A DNA stretch of 64,000 nt from the NCBI RefSeq assembly GCF_009914755.1, contig NC_060944.1; one strand, 5' to 3'. Source of the stretch: the human T2T-CHM13v2.0 reference genome, Homo sapiens. Positions 1 to 13,684 of this stretch are shown piece after piece. Position numbers and translations under genes: made by a program. Below the pieces are notes generated by a model. The model ran no database searches and was not told the DNA's origin. It saw nothing but the letters and a program-made list of their open reading frames with translations. Position 1 is the stretch's first letter. The number at the start of each line of letters is the position of its first letter.

Positions 1-640
1 TTTTACTTTTCTCTTACTGCGAACGAGGCGTAATTGCTGGGACGCAAACCGGTCGGAAAAACAATGAGAAATTAGGCATAATTGGGCGGCATTTCCTGAC
101 GAACTATAATGCCAAGCTCAACATGGGAGCCAGTGTTTTATTTTCTTTTTTACAAAAAGGGACTTCACAGTTATTCCTAGCGCGTGAGTTTTCCTCCCCA
201 CTGCTTTCCAATGCCTGGGACTGAGCGGAGGGGGTGATTTCCTTCTTCCCAATCAGAGGTAGCGAATCTCTCAGAGCTTATGGTAATATTTAAAGACATA
301 AAAAGGACAGGACAATTAGAAATGTGCACAGGTAGCTTTAGGGCTGACGTTATTGATGCCTTTGTGATCAATAGCACTATTTTTATTTGGATTGCTAGCC
401 ATAGGAAGCTACGGCCACAAAATTTAGAGAGCCCTGCAGAGGGCCTGTAAAACCCTGTTGTAACTCTCATGTCAGGCCGGGAATAACGGCTGATTTAAAG
501 GCTTTGGCTGGTGCAGTGAGGCGGGGTTTCCATCAGTGTATGCCCAGGAGAGGGGATTACATCTGCCTGGCGTCCAGACCCCAGGTGGAGTGAAGCCGTT
601 TATAACACAATTTGGCTGCAGTTGAATTTTAATCTTGGGA
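1..640. promoter_or_regulatory. Candidate conserved non-coding element / enhancer (may extend left of the window)
   Basis: Repeat-free; 8 CpGs within 20-101; TAATTG (31-36), AACAAT (60-65), TAATTGG (79-85), CCTTTGTG (359-366), TGATTTAA (491-498), TTTATAAC (599-606). Function is inferred. Confidence 0.5.
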
Positions 641-785
641 TCCACCGATTGCTTTAAGGGCGAGCTCGAGAAGCCGCCATTTGTTTTTGATAGCTTTACC
701 CAGAGACTAAAGAAATCCCTCCCCCCACAGTTGTTCTGTGAGGGGTTGTGTCTGTGGAAGGGAATTGAAAGAGAAGATTTGGTAA

Positions 786-1638
<853 letters not shown>

Positions 1639-1666
1639 GATCTTAGAAGAAGAAAAGACGCACAGA

Positions 1667-1948
1667 CCTGTAATCCCAGCACTCTGGGAGGCCAAAGTGG
1701 GCGGATCACCTGAGGTCAGGAGTTTGAGACCAGCCTGGACAACATGATGAAACCCCATCTCTACTAAAAAGGCAAAAATTAGCGGGCGTGGTGGCATGCT
1801 ACTTAGGAGGCTGAGTCAGGAGAATTGCTTGAACCTGGGAGGCGGAGGTTGCAGTGAGCCAAGATCACGTCACTGCACTCCAGCGTGGGTGACAGAGTGA
1901 GACTCAGTTAAAAAAAAAAAAAAAAGAAAGAAAGAAAGAAAGAAAAAG
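1667..1948 (+). mobile_element. AluS-type SINE, 5'-truncated, with small internal deletion and A/(GAAA)n tail
   Basis: cctgtaatcccagcact..gatcacctgaggtcaggagttt..gcagtgagccaagatc..poly(A). Confidence 0.93.
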
Positions 1949-3069
1949 AGGCCCAGAGACTAAAGGATCTTGCCCAAGGCCGCCCAGCATGCAAGTGTCC
2001 GGGCCTTTTAGATGCTAACAACATGACCCCAGAATGGGCACTTGTGCATGAGTCAGTTTCTCAGTCAGCTTTTTGTCGTCGGCCCCACATCCTGCAGACC
2101 TTGGCTGAATTTGTAGCCCCTCCGGTCTCAGTTTTCCCAGCTTGGTCATCAGAGGCTGGAGTTGAATGATCTTTGTGGCTTTTTTGCGGACAATGGCGTT
2201 CTCAATTTTGTACTCTTTGGCACAGAGTGGTGTAATGTGGAGAGGGGAGCATCAGTCTCTCTCTTAATGCTTATTTAATTATATTTAATTAGGAATCTCG
2301 TTGCAATTGGTCTCCTGGGGCCATCTGCTGTGGAGATTTTTGAAGAATCCAAATTTTATTTCTTGCCATCGATCCATGTGGTTAATGGGCCTGAGGAGGA
2401 ATGATGTCATCTGTCCTTCTAACTTAGCACAAGAGGCAGGAGGAGAAATTGAGCAAAATCAGGCTGAGCGCCCGAGAAGGCCACCCTTTGGAGAGCCAGG
2501 GCGGGCCTGGCTCATTCCTTCAGGTTCTCATCTGTAGTGCCCACGGTGTGCCCCAGCTTGCTCTGCCCTGTGCCAGGATTTTGGGGACAGCTGGGTTCTG
2601 GCATCATCTGTGCCCTTGTTAACATGGTACCCTAAAATTGATGCTTGCCCTGATGGTAAAATGGTGGTCTGCATGTGATCGGCACCAATCTGTGACGTCC
2701 AGGGTTCTTGAGTCAGCCACGTATTCCCTGGGTTGCCTTCAAGATGACCTGAGTGGACTCACTGCCTATTCTTTTCCCTCTAGGTGGAATAGGATTCTTA
2801 CAGGAGTAGGGTGATAAGAGAAGGGGGCTCTCCTTCATTGCTGCCATCGGGCTCCTTGGTGGAAAACTGGGGCAGGATTCAAAGCAAGGCTGACATGACC
2901 TGTACTTCCCCAGAAAGGAGCCGCTGGAGGCCTGGCTAGGGCCAGCTCTCCAGCCCCGGCAGCTGCCCCCCACCCACCCCCACCGGGCATTTAATCAGTG
3001 TAACTGATTAGTTGAAACACACCACAGGCTGGGAGCCTGCGACCCTGGCTGACGTCCGGGGCTGTTGTT

Positions 3070-3220
3070 TATGGCTGGGTGATTTGAGGCAAGCCTCCCG
3101 ACCCCGCTGAGCCTCGGATCCCTCAGTTACAAAATGAGACTTATCATATCTGCCCCCCTCCCTCCCCAAGTTGTTGAGAGGCTCCAACAATGTAGAGAGG
3201 CTGATATGAAATGTGGGTAA
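3070..3220 (+). mobile_element. MIR fragment
   Basis: gaggcaagcc..ctgagcctcggatccctcagttacaaaatgag..gttgttgagagg resembles the MIR core. Confidence 0.55.
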
Positions 3221-3254
3221 ACAGGAGAGTGGTATTTAAATGTACGCTCTTACC

Positions 3255-3563
3255 ATAATTGCCTTGTATTGTGTGTGTATCTTATCTCCCCAATTAGATG
3301 CGAGATCCTTGGTGACAGCCACCATGTCTCCCCCCTTTTGATATTCCCCACGCAGCCGGGATGATGCTGAACATATGGCTGCTGCTCAATAAATATGTTC
3401 TGAATTGTACTGAATTTCATTTTGGTTCCAAATCACCCTAAAAACTTGATCAGGTGCAGCCCAAAGGAGCAGGCTGGATGACGGAGGCTCCCCAGCCTGG
3501 CTCTGTGGCCGTTATGGGAAAATATCTGTGGAATGAATGAATAGATGAGTGAATGAATGAATG
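3255..3563 (+). mobile_element. Two L2 3'-end fragments
   Basis: tctccccaattagatgcgagatcctt..ctcaataaatatgttctgaat and a (GAAT)n tail at ~3530-3563. Confidence 0.65.
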
Positions 3564-3699
3564 CCTCGTGGTGTTTGCTTTACTCTTCCTGCTCCCAGCT
3601 TTGACACTGGCTGTGAAATCTGCCTCCTGTGCTCAAAATGACTTCTCCCTCTCCTCCTTCGGGATACGCTTTCTGCATCCTGCCTCGCTGTAGCTCAGA

Positions 3700-4550
3700 T
3701 TTCTATTAAGTAGTCAAACATAATATAAAATTGCCAACAAAAAGATCATTCCTGGATTAATCTCCCCCTTTACATAGGGAAAGACATAAAAGAGAGCATA
3801 AGATAAGAAAAGGAAATGAAATTAATCTTATACTTTCTATGGCTGCCTGTTAATTTCAAGCTTTCCTGCATCCAGGTGCCTGTGTTCCTGCTCGGTTTCT
3901 GGATTGCTTGGTACTTAAATGAAACATCTTATTAATCATTTCCCGGGAATGCTGTGCAGGCAAAAGGAAAACAAAGGCATTCAGGAGCCACAGTAAGTTT
4001 ATTTTTATAGTAATGCATACCTTATCATCAAGCATGGCCAAGACATCAAAATGCTAAGCCACATTTGTATACGATCTCACACTGCTATTGATAAATCACG
4101 TTAACAGTAAGCTGCTGGATCAATTCTGCCCTGACACCAACCTCTCCACGAAATAGAGATTCGAGAATAAATGTGAAGGTAACCAGGGAATAAAACTGTT
4201 TGAGAAGTTTCACAAAAGAAGCTGAACTCTGCTAATCAGAAAGTAGATCCATCTTTAATTCCGAAATGACCGCACAGCAATTCAGCAGTCCAGAGGACAG
4301 GCAGAGTTTCTCAGCCCCGGGGTGGAATGGATGGCTTCCTATCTCTGTCCTGCCAAGGCTGCGTTCTCACATCTTCCAAAATGTCCATTAACCCCAGCTG
4401 GCCCCTCACCCCACCAAGATGATGTAAATATAATGATTAACCAATCCACACTAGCATTAAGATTTCTTGAAACTCCTCTTCACTGAAAAATGCATTAGCT
4501 CCTGACAGTACTGTCCAGAAATTAATTCACAGACAACCGAGCATCATTAC
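3700..4550. promoter_or_regulatory. Candidate conserved non-coding element / enhancer
   Basis: Repeat-free AT-rich block; GGATTAATCT (3754-3763), TTCCCGGGAA (3940-3949), AACAAAG (3970-3976), ACATCAAA (4043-4050), TGATAAAT (4089-4096). Confidence 0.5.
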
Positions 4551-5729
4551 CCATGGTCTGCCCTGGCTAACTGCTCTCTCTGTTAGTGAATTTGGGAATG
4601 GAAATGAGCTATTTCCATCCACTTTATCATCCAGAGACCTTAGTACATAGTGTATCTCTGGTAAGTGCTGTTATTGTAACCTGTTTCTAGAATTGCTATT
4701 ACCAGTAATTCTGCAGAAACAGGGTCCCACCCAAAGCCATCAGCACAGTGCCTTTAAATCTGAAAATCAGCCTTTAATCTCTACTTTGATGTTGTTGGCA
4801 GAGGTGAGAGTTTTATTTCAGCCCAATTGCTGTGTCTTTTAATTTTTTTAAGTAGTGAGCTATCATCCCTCCAACCCCCTCCCCCAAACACTGAAGTCCA
4901 GAGGCCACTTTCTGGGAGAAGGTTGTTGTAAGTGGCCCAGGTGCTGGGGCTGGTCTGGTAGGAAGGGGTGTAGAGAACCGTAAGGGCTCCCTACAGGAAA
5001 ACATCAGGACTAGCACAAGCCACCCTTACAAAACGCAGAGTGAGCAATGGAATTGGCATATGGCAATGAGGCCTGCAGGGAGAGCTCCCTTGACCTTCTG
5101 CATATGGAGTTTAGGGTCCCCTCTGGAAGGATCCCTGTGCCGGGATGCTGCCCTCCCTAGTACTTCCTCCTCGTTCCCTTACACGTGAAGCTCCTGCCTA
5201 GCTCTTCCCTCGTGGCCCACGCTACCTGGCTGAGCATCCCCTCCCATCATTTGCAGATCACAGTGGCCCCCTGGTCTCTAACTCCAGGTTTCACATCTGA
5301 GCTCCAGTTCCACCCCCAGACTTCTTGTCGCTTGCTTCTCCTGCCATGCATCCATCCCCTCACTTGTCCCCATGGACAACTCTTCTCTATGGTGTAAGCC
5401 TTTGCTCTTCTGCAGGGGCCTCTCCTTCCTTCCCCCCTTCCCTTCCTCTGGACCTGCTCAATGTACATTCTGGCTATACATATATTTGGTCTCGGGATTC
5501 GGTTTCTGTCTGATTCTTTGAGTAGCTGCCGGGGCTCCCGGGGCATGGTCTGGATCCTGCTCATTTGAATTTCCCCTTTCCCTGCAGGGTTTGTTGCACA
5601 GTAGGTCTCTACAAATATTTATTAAATGAGTGTGCCTGTATTCAAACCCAGGAGATGGGGGAGAAAGATCAGAGGGAAGATTTGATAAACAGAAGGCTTC
5701 CAAGAAATAGCTTCCAACTCCAATCAGTT

Positions 5730-5800
5730 CTTTTTCATTTTATTATGATAAGAACACTCAACATGAGATCTACCCTCTTAACGAATTTTAAAGTGAATTG
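5730..5800 (-). mobile_element. Short L1M 3'-terminal fragment
   Basis: gataagaacactcaacatgagatctaccctcttaac..ttttaaagtg is a typical L1M 3' end in antisense. Confidence 0.65.
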
Positions 5801-6249
5801 CAAATTATCCAACCAACTGATGACTGAAAAACGAAGTGCTGAAAAGACACTCAATAAACATAGGCCACCTTGGAAATGTATTAATAATCATTATCGTCAC
5901 CATGTGGCGGCTGTGGATTGAGCGTCTGTTCTGTGCCAAACACTGTGCTGAGTGCTCTGTGCCTGTTCCCTTGTTCACCCCTGCCCCAATCCTCTGAAAC
6001 AGGCCTGCTCTCACCCTTAGTGGAGATGAAGCCATGGAGGCTCTGAAAGCCACACCCGCCATCACCCAGCCAGGGGCCGCCTGAGCCCAGCAAGAGTCCA
6101 CCCTGGGGGATGCTGAGTCCCTGCCTCTCACCACCATGCATGTTGTCTCTGGGCTTCTAAAAAGGCTGAATGATACAAAGGTCTTGGGGAGGACCCATTA
6201 TGAAAAGGGCATGTTCTTTGTTTTGGCCCCAGTACACAGCACCATCCGC

Positions 6250-6850
6250 CCATCATTGTCTTCCATTCAATCTCCAGCATGATCAGTAATATTTGTTAGC
6301 GGGAGAGGGGCTGGTGTGTGGGCTGCAGCCAGGCGGCAATGAAGCAGAAGCTTTACTTCTAAGAGAAGCTAATGGGCCCGGTTTAGGGGGGCACAAGCCC
6401 CTGACCTTGGTTGGATAAGCCTCTAGCACTAATCAACATTACCGGAGAAGTCTGTATGCGCTAACAAAGCATAAATATTTGGTCTCTATTGAAGGTCTCC
6501 AGGGCCATGGCACACAGCCGCCTTAAACATGCGTGGTCTACTTGCTTGTTAGGAAAGAGAAAACACACAGAAAAACAGCCCTTTGAATCCATTCTTCCCC
6601 ATAGAAACAGAAACGATGTCCTGATCATTATGTCTAAAAAAGCAGTAGATACGAAAATTGGATTTGGTTGGAGCTGGATTTTAGCTGCAAATGGGTGGTT
6701 TTTAATAAAGTGCCTCATAGCAACCGATCTGTGAAAAGCTGCTACTTAAAAGCAAGTTCATATGATCTCAGAAAATGGCTCATCAGACAGGGCAGTCTCT
6801 AACTGTTTATTTATAGTCGTCTGCGCCAGATCAGATAAGCTGGTGCTCAC
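6250..6850. promoter_or_regulatory. Candidate conserved non-coding element / enhancer
   Basis: Repeat-free; CTAATCAA (6429-6436), AACAAAG (6463-6469), CATAGCAAC (6716-6724), TGTTTAT (6804-6810), AGATAAG (6833-6839). Confidence 0.4.
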
Positions 6851-7169
6851 AGAGTTGGGCGGGGGGGGGGAGCTTCTAGAATGTACCATCCATTGGAAAC
6901 TCACAGCCTCGGACTGTGGATGTGATCAGAAAACGGATCATTGACTCACACTTTTGGAAACAGGGCCCGGTGGGGTGAGAGCTATGGGGAGGTAGGCTGT
7001 GTTCTCGGGATAGAGGTTCTCCAAGTGCTCAGACCTGAGAGTTGTTTGTGAAGTCTGGGGGCTGAAGAAATAGGACTGGAGCTGGAGGACAGGCACCGGG
7101 GGCATGAATGAGGATAGGCGGATTGGGGCTGAGTCCTGCCTATGAGACGTTTTGCCTGTTTGAACTTGA

Positions 7170-7527
<358 letters not shown>

Positions 7528-7534
7528 TATCTTT

Positions 7535-7902
7535 CTTTTTAAAAAGACTTTATTGAGATACAATCCACGTTCCACACAATGCAACTATTTGAAGTGTAGA
7601 ACTCAACACTTCTTAGTGTATTCCCAGAGTTGTGTAACTGTCACCACTGTCCATTTTGGAACATTTTCATCACCTCAAAAAAGAAACCCCATACCCTTCA
7701 GCAATCATCCCCTATCCCCCCATTCCCTCTAGCCCTGAGCAGTCTCTGTCTGCTTTGTCTCTACAGATTTGCCTGTTCTGGACATTTCCTTTGAATGGAC
7801 TCATAGGGGATGTAGTGCTTTGCGTCCGGCTTTTCTCACTTAGCGCCGTGTTTTCAAGGTCCTTCTGCGCTGTGGCCTGCGTCAGGGTTCCATTCCCTTT
7901 CA
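7535..7902 (-). mobile_element. L1MB-type 3' end
   Basis: actttattgagatacaatccac..aacattttcatcacctcaaaaagaaaccccatacc..gatttgcctgttctggacatttc. Confidence 0.85.
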
Positions 7903-8209
7903 GGGCAGGCCCTTTCTGGTCTTCAGATTCCTCATTGGTCACATGGGGTGAACGCTGCCACGGGCTCCCTGCTGATAACCTTCCACTGGAGGGGAATCCA
8001 ACTCAAGTGTTAGTGAGGGGCTGAGCTGTGGAAATTCCCCCCCAAGGGCAACTACATCTTTAGCTCTTTATCCCTCCCTCACCCCCTTAAAATGATGGTA
8101 ATAGTTGAATGCTACTGTATTTCATCCATCAGAATAGAATAGCTTTCTCTCTTCCCCCACTGGGACTCCTGTTTTGTCCCATGCAAAGCTTGGATGTGCA
8201 TTTGTTTTG

Positions 8210-8370
8210 ATAATAGCAACAAGATTCCCTCGGATTTTTTGAGCTTTCAGAGGGGCCAGGCTCTATGTTTGGGCCTTACATACAACAGCTCATATGGACC
8301 CTGTGAGGTAGAGAGTCATGGCCCTGACTGAGCAGATGAGGAAACTGAGGCTCAGAGAGGGTCAATGAAG
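8210..8370 (-). mobile_element. MIR
   Basis: ccctgtgaggtag..cagatgaggaaactgaggctcagagagg. Confidence 0.8.
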
Positions 8371-9187
8371 TATCTCATATTCTCCACAGAAGGCTCAGTT
8401 CTTCTGTAAATGCCTCTGGGGTTCAAGAAACGCAGTGTTCCTGGACTTGAATTTTCCAATACAAGTCTCTTGAGTAGGTCTAAGTGGCCCTGGAGAAGCT
8501 GTGAAACCGGTCTCCAAGCACAGCACCCTGATACCTGGACACCTACGCCCCCAGGAGTACAGAGACCTTAACAGACAAGGCCAATGAGACAGTGTGACAA
8601 TGGGGGTTGCAGAGGAGCTTGGCTGGCCCTGAGCAGGTGCCCAGGAGAGGGGGCCTGGCAGAGGTTCCCCCAGAGGTAACGCCTGAGTGGTGTCTTACAG
8701 CACAAAGCAAAGTCACCCTGGGGGTGGAGGAGGCCCTCTGTACATCGTTTGATTAACGGTACTTAGAGGAGGTAGGTACAAAATGCTGCGGGAGTGCGGG
8801 GGCAGGGGTGATTAATCCTCCTATAATCTGTTTGCCACAGTTTTGCTGTTGCAGGAGGTTTTGCTGGAGAGATCGATTGGGTCTTAACAGAGTGGTGAAA
8901 TGGTGCAGGGACTCTGTTGCTAACTCCAGCAGAGCCTCACCCAGAGGGAGGCTCAACCCTCACAGCCATGTGGCTTCGGGGATTTCAAACCGGTGCTTCT
9001 CTTGGTGGACTGGTGAAATTTTCCCACAGAACCCATTTGTTTGATGCAGGGAGTGGAAAGGATCAGAGGAGATGGGAAGAGAACAGGAAGAAAGGGAGAG
9101 ATAGCAGGAATAACTAGCCTCTTATTTGATTCATTATTAAAGAGGTGAAGGTGCCCCTTCTTCCTTACTTCCACACTCAGAGTTTCT

Positions 9188-9325
9188 CTCAACCCCCATC
9201 ACAACCCTGTGAGGCAGATTCATGTCCCTCATTTTACTGGTAAAAAATTCAGGGGCCCAAGAAGTGGACTGGCTTGCCTAGAGTTGGGCAGGGAATCAGT
9301 GCCAAATTCAGGTCTCAACCCCAAA
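9188..9325 (-). mobile_element. MIR fragment
   Basis: tcacaaccctgtgaggcag..cctcattttactgg..ggcttgcc. Confidence 0.6.
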
Positions 9326-9474
9326 ACTCCAAATGCTGTGCATGGCCAGAGGGGAGTAGGAGCTGGTGGTGCCCATGATGTTCCAGGAACCCCTAAGATG
9401 TGGCCTGATACAGGGGTTGTACAGATGATCTTGCCACATTGCTGGGCTGGAGGACAATTTGGGCTATACACATT

Positions 9475-9650
9475 GAGCTGTGGAAGCCCAGAGAAGGATG
9501 CCAGAATCTGCTGGGGCAGTCAGGGAAGGCTTCTTGGAAAGGGGATATTGAGGCTGGGTTTTGGTGGATGTGTAGGAGTCCTTGAGTTCACTAAGGGTGG
9601 AAGCTCATTCTGGGAATGGAAGCAGTATGTGCAAAGGCTCAGAGTTGGGA
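9475..9650 (-). mobile_element. L2 fragment
   Basis: gtcagggaaggcttcttgga..tgaggctgggttttg..gcagtatgtgcaaaggctcagag. Confidence 0.65.
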
Positions 9651-10574
9651 TTGGGGGCCTTGTATCTAGAGAACAATCTGACTTGCAGAGTGGCTGATGG
9701 TAGGATGTGGGGCTAGTTCGGAAAGCAGAGGCAGCCGGAAGAAGCATCATGGTTCACAGCTCCTCCACCACCCCTGTCTGTCAGGCACTCACAAGGTAGA
9801 CTTTTCCTGGGGCAGGATTTTACTGGAAGTTAGGGAACTGTTCATTGCTTTAGGGTGTTTGGAAGCTAACAATGGATTCTCCAAGGAGTGAGAGCAAAGC
9901 CACAAGCAGAAAAGGATTATGCTGTTGAAATTGTGTAACTGCCTCCCTCTGTTATTTTCTAATTAAGGAAGGGGTGAGGGGAGCCCCAAGGCTTTGAAGC
10001 AGCAAGAGAGAATTCTGAAATGTCTCCAGCCGGCCCCACGAGAGGGTCTGATTACAGAGCAGGCTTCTCCAAGTGTGACGTCACCCACTGGGCAGTGGGG
10101 ATCGGTCACAGGAGTGGGATGAGGCTTCAGCGTCTAAACCATAGAACTAAAATACCTGCAACCACAGGCCCTGAGGCCACAACCCAGCGTGGCCCTTCTC
10201 TTCCTAGGGTAATGCAGTGGGCTCTGGACAGTGTCACTGGAAGCCCGTGCTGCGTGCTGGGGCATTTCAGAGGGAAGCCCCGAGTGTGGCATTCTGCTCT
10301 AGCTGTTCATCTTGGCTCTTGCAAGAGGCATTTTCTTTCTCAGGAGAGAAGCAAGATTCTTTCTGGAATAAATGTTCAGATCTACCAGCTCCACAGCTGG
10401 TCAGAAGGAGGGAAAGAAGAAAGATAGGTTATCACTCCAAAGACTTCCTCCAGCCTCATGAATGACCTGGATGGTACTATGGGCTGGTAGATTTCTGAGA
10501 GGTGATGGTGGCACCACTTAAAACATATAGCCCTGCGATTATGCCTGAAAATGCCACTCTTTGGGAGTCACTAG

Positions 10575-10950
10575 TTCAGCGAATCTTTACTAAGCATGCA
10601 CCATGTGCCTGGCACTGTGTCAGGGACCGGTGAGGATGGTGAACCCTGCCTGTCCGCTGTGACTGTGTAGTCTGCAAGGAGAAAGCAATAGACAGATATA
10701 ACAACTCCAGATTGGAATCCACTCCATGAGAGAAAGGGAAGCAGACAAGGGTGGTGAGAGGTACTGTGCTTTGGAGGGCAGCTGAGCTGACTCCACAGGA
10801 GGCCCAGAGGCTGCCCTGCAAGTGTGGGGAAGGCGTGCTAGACAGAAAGGGTGGCATGTGCTGAGGCCTCTGGGGCATTCCAGAAGTCAGCAGAAGGTTC
10901 CTGCATCAGGAGGGATGGAAGCAGGGGAAACATTCTGAAGGGGAGGCAGA
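10575..10950 (-). mobile_element. L2 3' region fragment
   Basis: tttactaagcatgcaccatgtgcctggcactgtg followed by degenerate L2 body. Confidence 0.55.
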
Positions 10951-11631
10951 AAGAGCTGGGAGGCCAGCTTCACTTTTTCACCAGGAATGGTCCCCAACAG
11001 GATCCACAGTGTAGACCTTGCCCCAAGAGGGTCTATATAGCCCACCTCTCCCGCTTCATGGGGAGTAGGGAAGGGGCCAACAGGTAGACTTCTCCTTCCA
11101 TTTCTAAGTCTTTGCATCTTAAAATTTTGTATTCTGTAGTCATTGAAGAGGTTGGAGAATCTTTAGTTTGAAATGTAAGATGATTTCTTCAGGAAAAATG
11201 ATCAGATTCCTCCTGACCTCTTGTTCCAAGGAGAATAGGTAGTATTTTATCATTGCGGCATTGTGTCATAGCTACAGCTAACACCATCTGAATGCTTGCC
11301 AATGTAACAAAGGGAAAATAAAGTGGGATGACTCAGTCTTGGGTCGTGAAAGCTCAGGAAAGTGAGACAACCACCTCCCACTGCCAGCCTTGGTACAGGG
11401 AAGGAGGAAGATGGGCAGAAGCCAGTGCCTTCCTCTTGCCCAGCCCTGATCTCCACTTAGCAGACATCCAGCTGCCCAGCCTGGGGTCTTCACCATCTCA
11501 TTCACCTGTTTGGAATATTAACCAGTTTAAAAGAGCTTGGATGAGGGATGCTCTGTGATGAGCTCATTATGAAGACAAGAAGCCAACATTGAACAAAATA
11601 CCTTGAGCCAAACACATTCCCTCTTTGAAGG

Positions 11632-11790
11632 AATTCTCAGGGCTAGCATGCTAATGAGCATTATGACCAGCCCATAAGGAGGCTAAAGTATGTAGCCTTT
11701 CTCAAATGTACTTAAGGATGAGTGCTTATTTTAAGGTACATCTTATAGGCAGGGGATTTTGTGGAAATCGGTTTGGGATACAATGCTTTA
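11632..11790 (+). mobile_element. MER103C-like hAT MITE fragment
   Basis: ttctcagggctagcatgctaatgagcattatga..gtatgtagcctttctcaaa..gtggaaatcggtttggga. Confidence 0.55.
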
Positions 11791-11856
11791 ACCTGATTCA
11801 ATTACCCTTTTACCTTTGTTGTCATCAAGAACAGCTTTAAAAATGGCAGTGAGCAA

Positions 11857-12090
11857 CCATCCATTCATCCAGTCAACTACGTATCCAACCACTTATTCAA
11901 ACAATCATCTGTTTATTCATTCAGTCTGCCATCCATCCATCCATCCATCCATCCATCCATACACCTATCATCTGTACATATAAGCAGGCAGCCATCCAGG
12001 CTTTCCGTACCCTGTACACAATACTAGGACTTTGGCAGACCCAAGACTAGATGTTTTCAGGGAGCTTCTAGTCTAATATAAGACTACCTC
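11857..12090 (-). mobile_element. L2 tail with (CCAT)n microsatellite (11929-11960)
   Basis: (CCAT)n array followed by cagggagcttctagtcta, an L2 motif. Confidence 0.6.
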
Positions 12091-12829
12091 CCATACACAA
12101 CCAGACTTCTGGGTGAAAAGTGATTTTTGTCTTTGAGAAAATGAAATTCTAGAAGCTAAGAAACGGGGAAAGCTCCTCTCCTTTGGGGAGTCCTTGAGGG
12201 CATTTTTCCCGGGAAAAGCGATTTGGACATAAAACTGTGGAAGCTGGAGACCAGGGATCCCAGCAGGGGACCAGTGAGAGCAGAGGGCCAGAGGTTCGAC
12301 AAGGGCATGCTGGGGGAGCCATCCTGCCCCCCTTCTTTGTCTCTGCTTGGCTGAGTAGAGACTACAGTACCAATAAAAGGCTGCTGTTCAGCTGCCACAT
12401 TACTGGCAAGAACATCTCTAACGAGGCTTAATTCTTCCATCGGCATGAGTTTCCATAGGTGCTGGCTTCAGAAACATTTAGTTTATTTAGAATCAGAGGC
12501 TGAAATGTGTTTGTCTTCACAGTGCCCACAGATGAGGCCCTGAGAACCTGTCTTTGGCTGCACTGGGGCTGGAAAGAAACCACTGTCCAGTATTAAGCAC
12601 CATTCACCTGGGGGCCCCAGATGCTGACTTCCCAGAATATTCTACCACAGGGCAACAGAGTTGGCAAGATCTCTATACATAACCAGAAAGAGATGAGATC
12701 CTTGGGGCTCTGCAGAGAAACCACCCGTTTGCCTAATAGGGCCATGTGCTCAACACTCAACATGGCTGTGGGCTATGTAGGGAGACCCAGGTCCTGAGCT
12801 TGGGGTATAGGGGCTGGCCCACCTGCCGG

Positions 12830-13680
12830 GCACCCTGACCCCTGGAGGTTACATCCTAATGGGGGAAGATAGGCAGTAAGCGCCAAAGAAGTAAATAAGA
12901 TAATGACACACTGTGCTAAATACTTGGGGGCGATAGGCTGATGTGCTGGAAGACAGTTTTAGACAGGGTGGTCAGGACAGGCTTCCTAAGGATGTGACAT
13001 TTGAACTCAGATGAATGACAAGAAGGAGCCAGGCGAAGTAAGAGCTAGGGAGGGAAAGCTGGTGCCAAGACCCCGAGGTTAACAGGAGGCGACAGATTTT
13101 GAGAGACAGAAAGGCCAGTGCAGATAGAGGCTGTTGAGCGAGATGGGGAGTGGTAAGGAAAGTCACTGGTAAGGTGGGCAGGGGTCCAACCACTGGGGCC
13201 TGTGGCCACAGGAAGGAGTTTCAGTTTTATTTTAAGTGCAGTGAAAAGCAAGGGGAAGGTCTAGACCTTCCCCTTGAGAGATTTTGTGTTTGAGGTGAGA
13301 GATTTTGTGTTTCATTTTGAAATCCTTGCTCCGGCTGCTGAGTGGAGGGAGGGTGTTGGGGTGAGCGTAGAAGCTAGGAGAACGGTGAGGGGCTGGCACA
13401 GTCATGGAGGGACCAGATCAGGGGTGGAGCAGCCAGGAGCTGGAGGGAAGAGGAGGGTTGGGGATCTGGTGTGGAGGTGGAGCCGGCAGGACCTACTGCT
13501 GGATTGAATGTGGCTGTGGGAGAAAGAGGAGAAAGAAGGACCGCTCTAAACGGGGCTTGAGTAGCTGGGAGATGTGGCTCTACTCCTGGGCTGCAGGAAG
13601 GTGGGGGAGAAACAGGTTTGGGGACAGGGAAAGCCAAAGAGTTCTGTTGCAGCCATGTTGTGTGAAAGATGCATCTTAGC
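12830..13680 (-). mobile_element. L2 fragment (~850 bp)
   Basis: agacagggtggtcagg..gtgacatttgaactcaga..aaggagtttcagttttattttaagtgcagtg..ggattgaatgtgg. Confidence 0.85.
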
Positions 13681-13684
13681 TATC

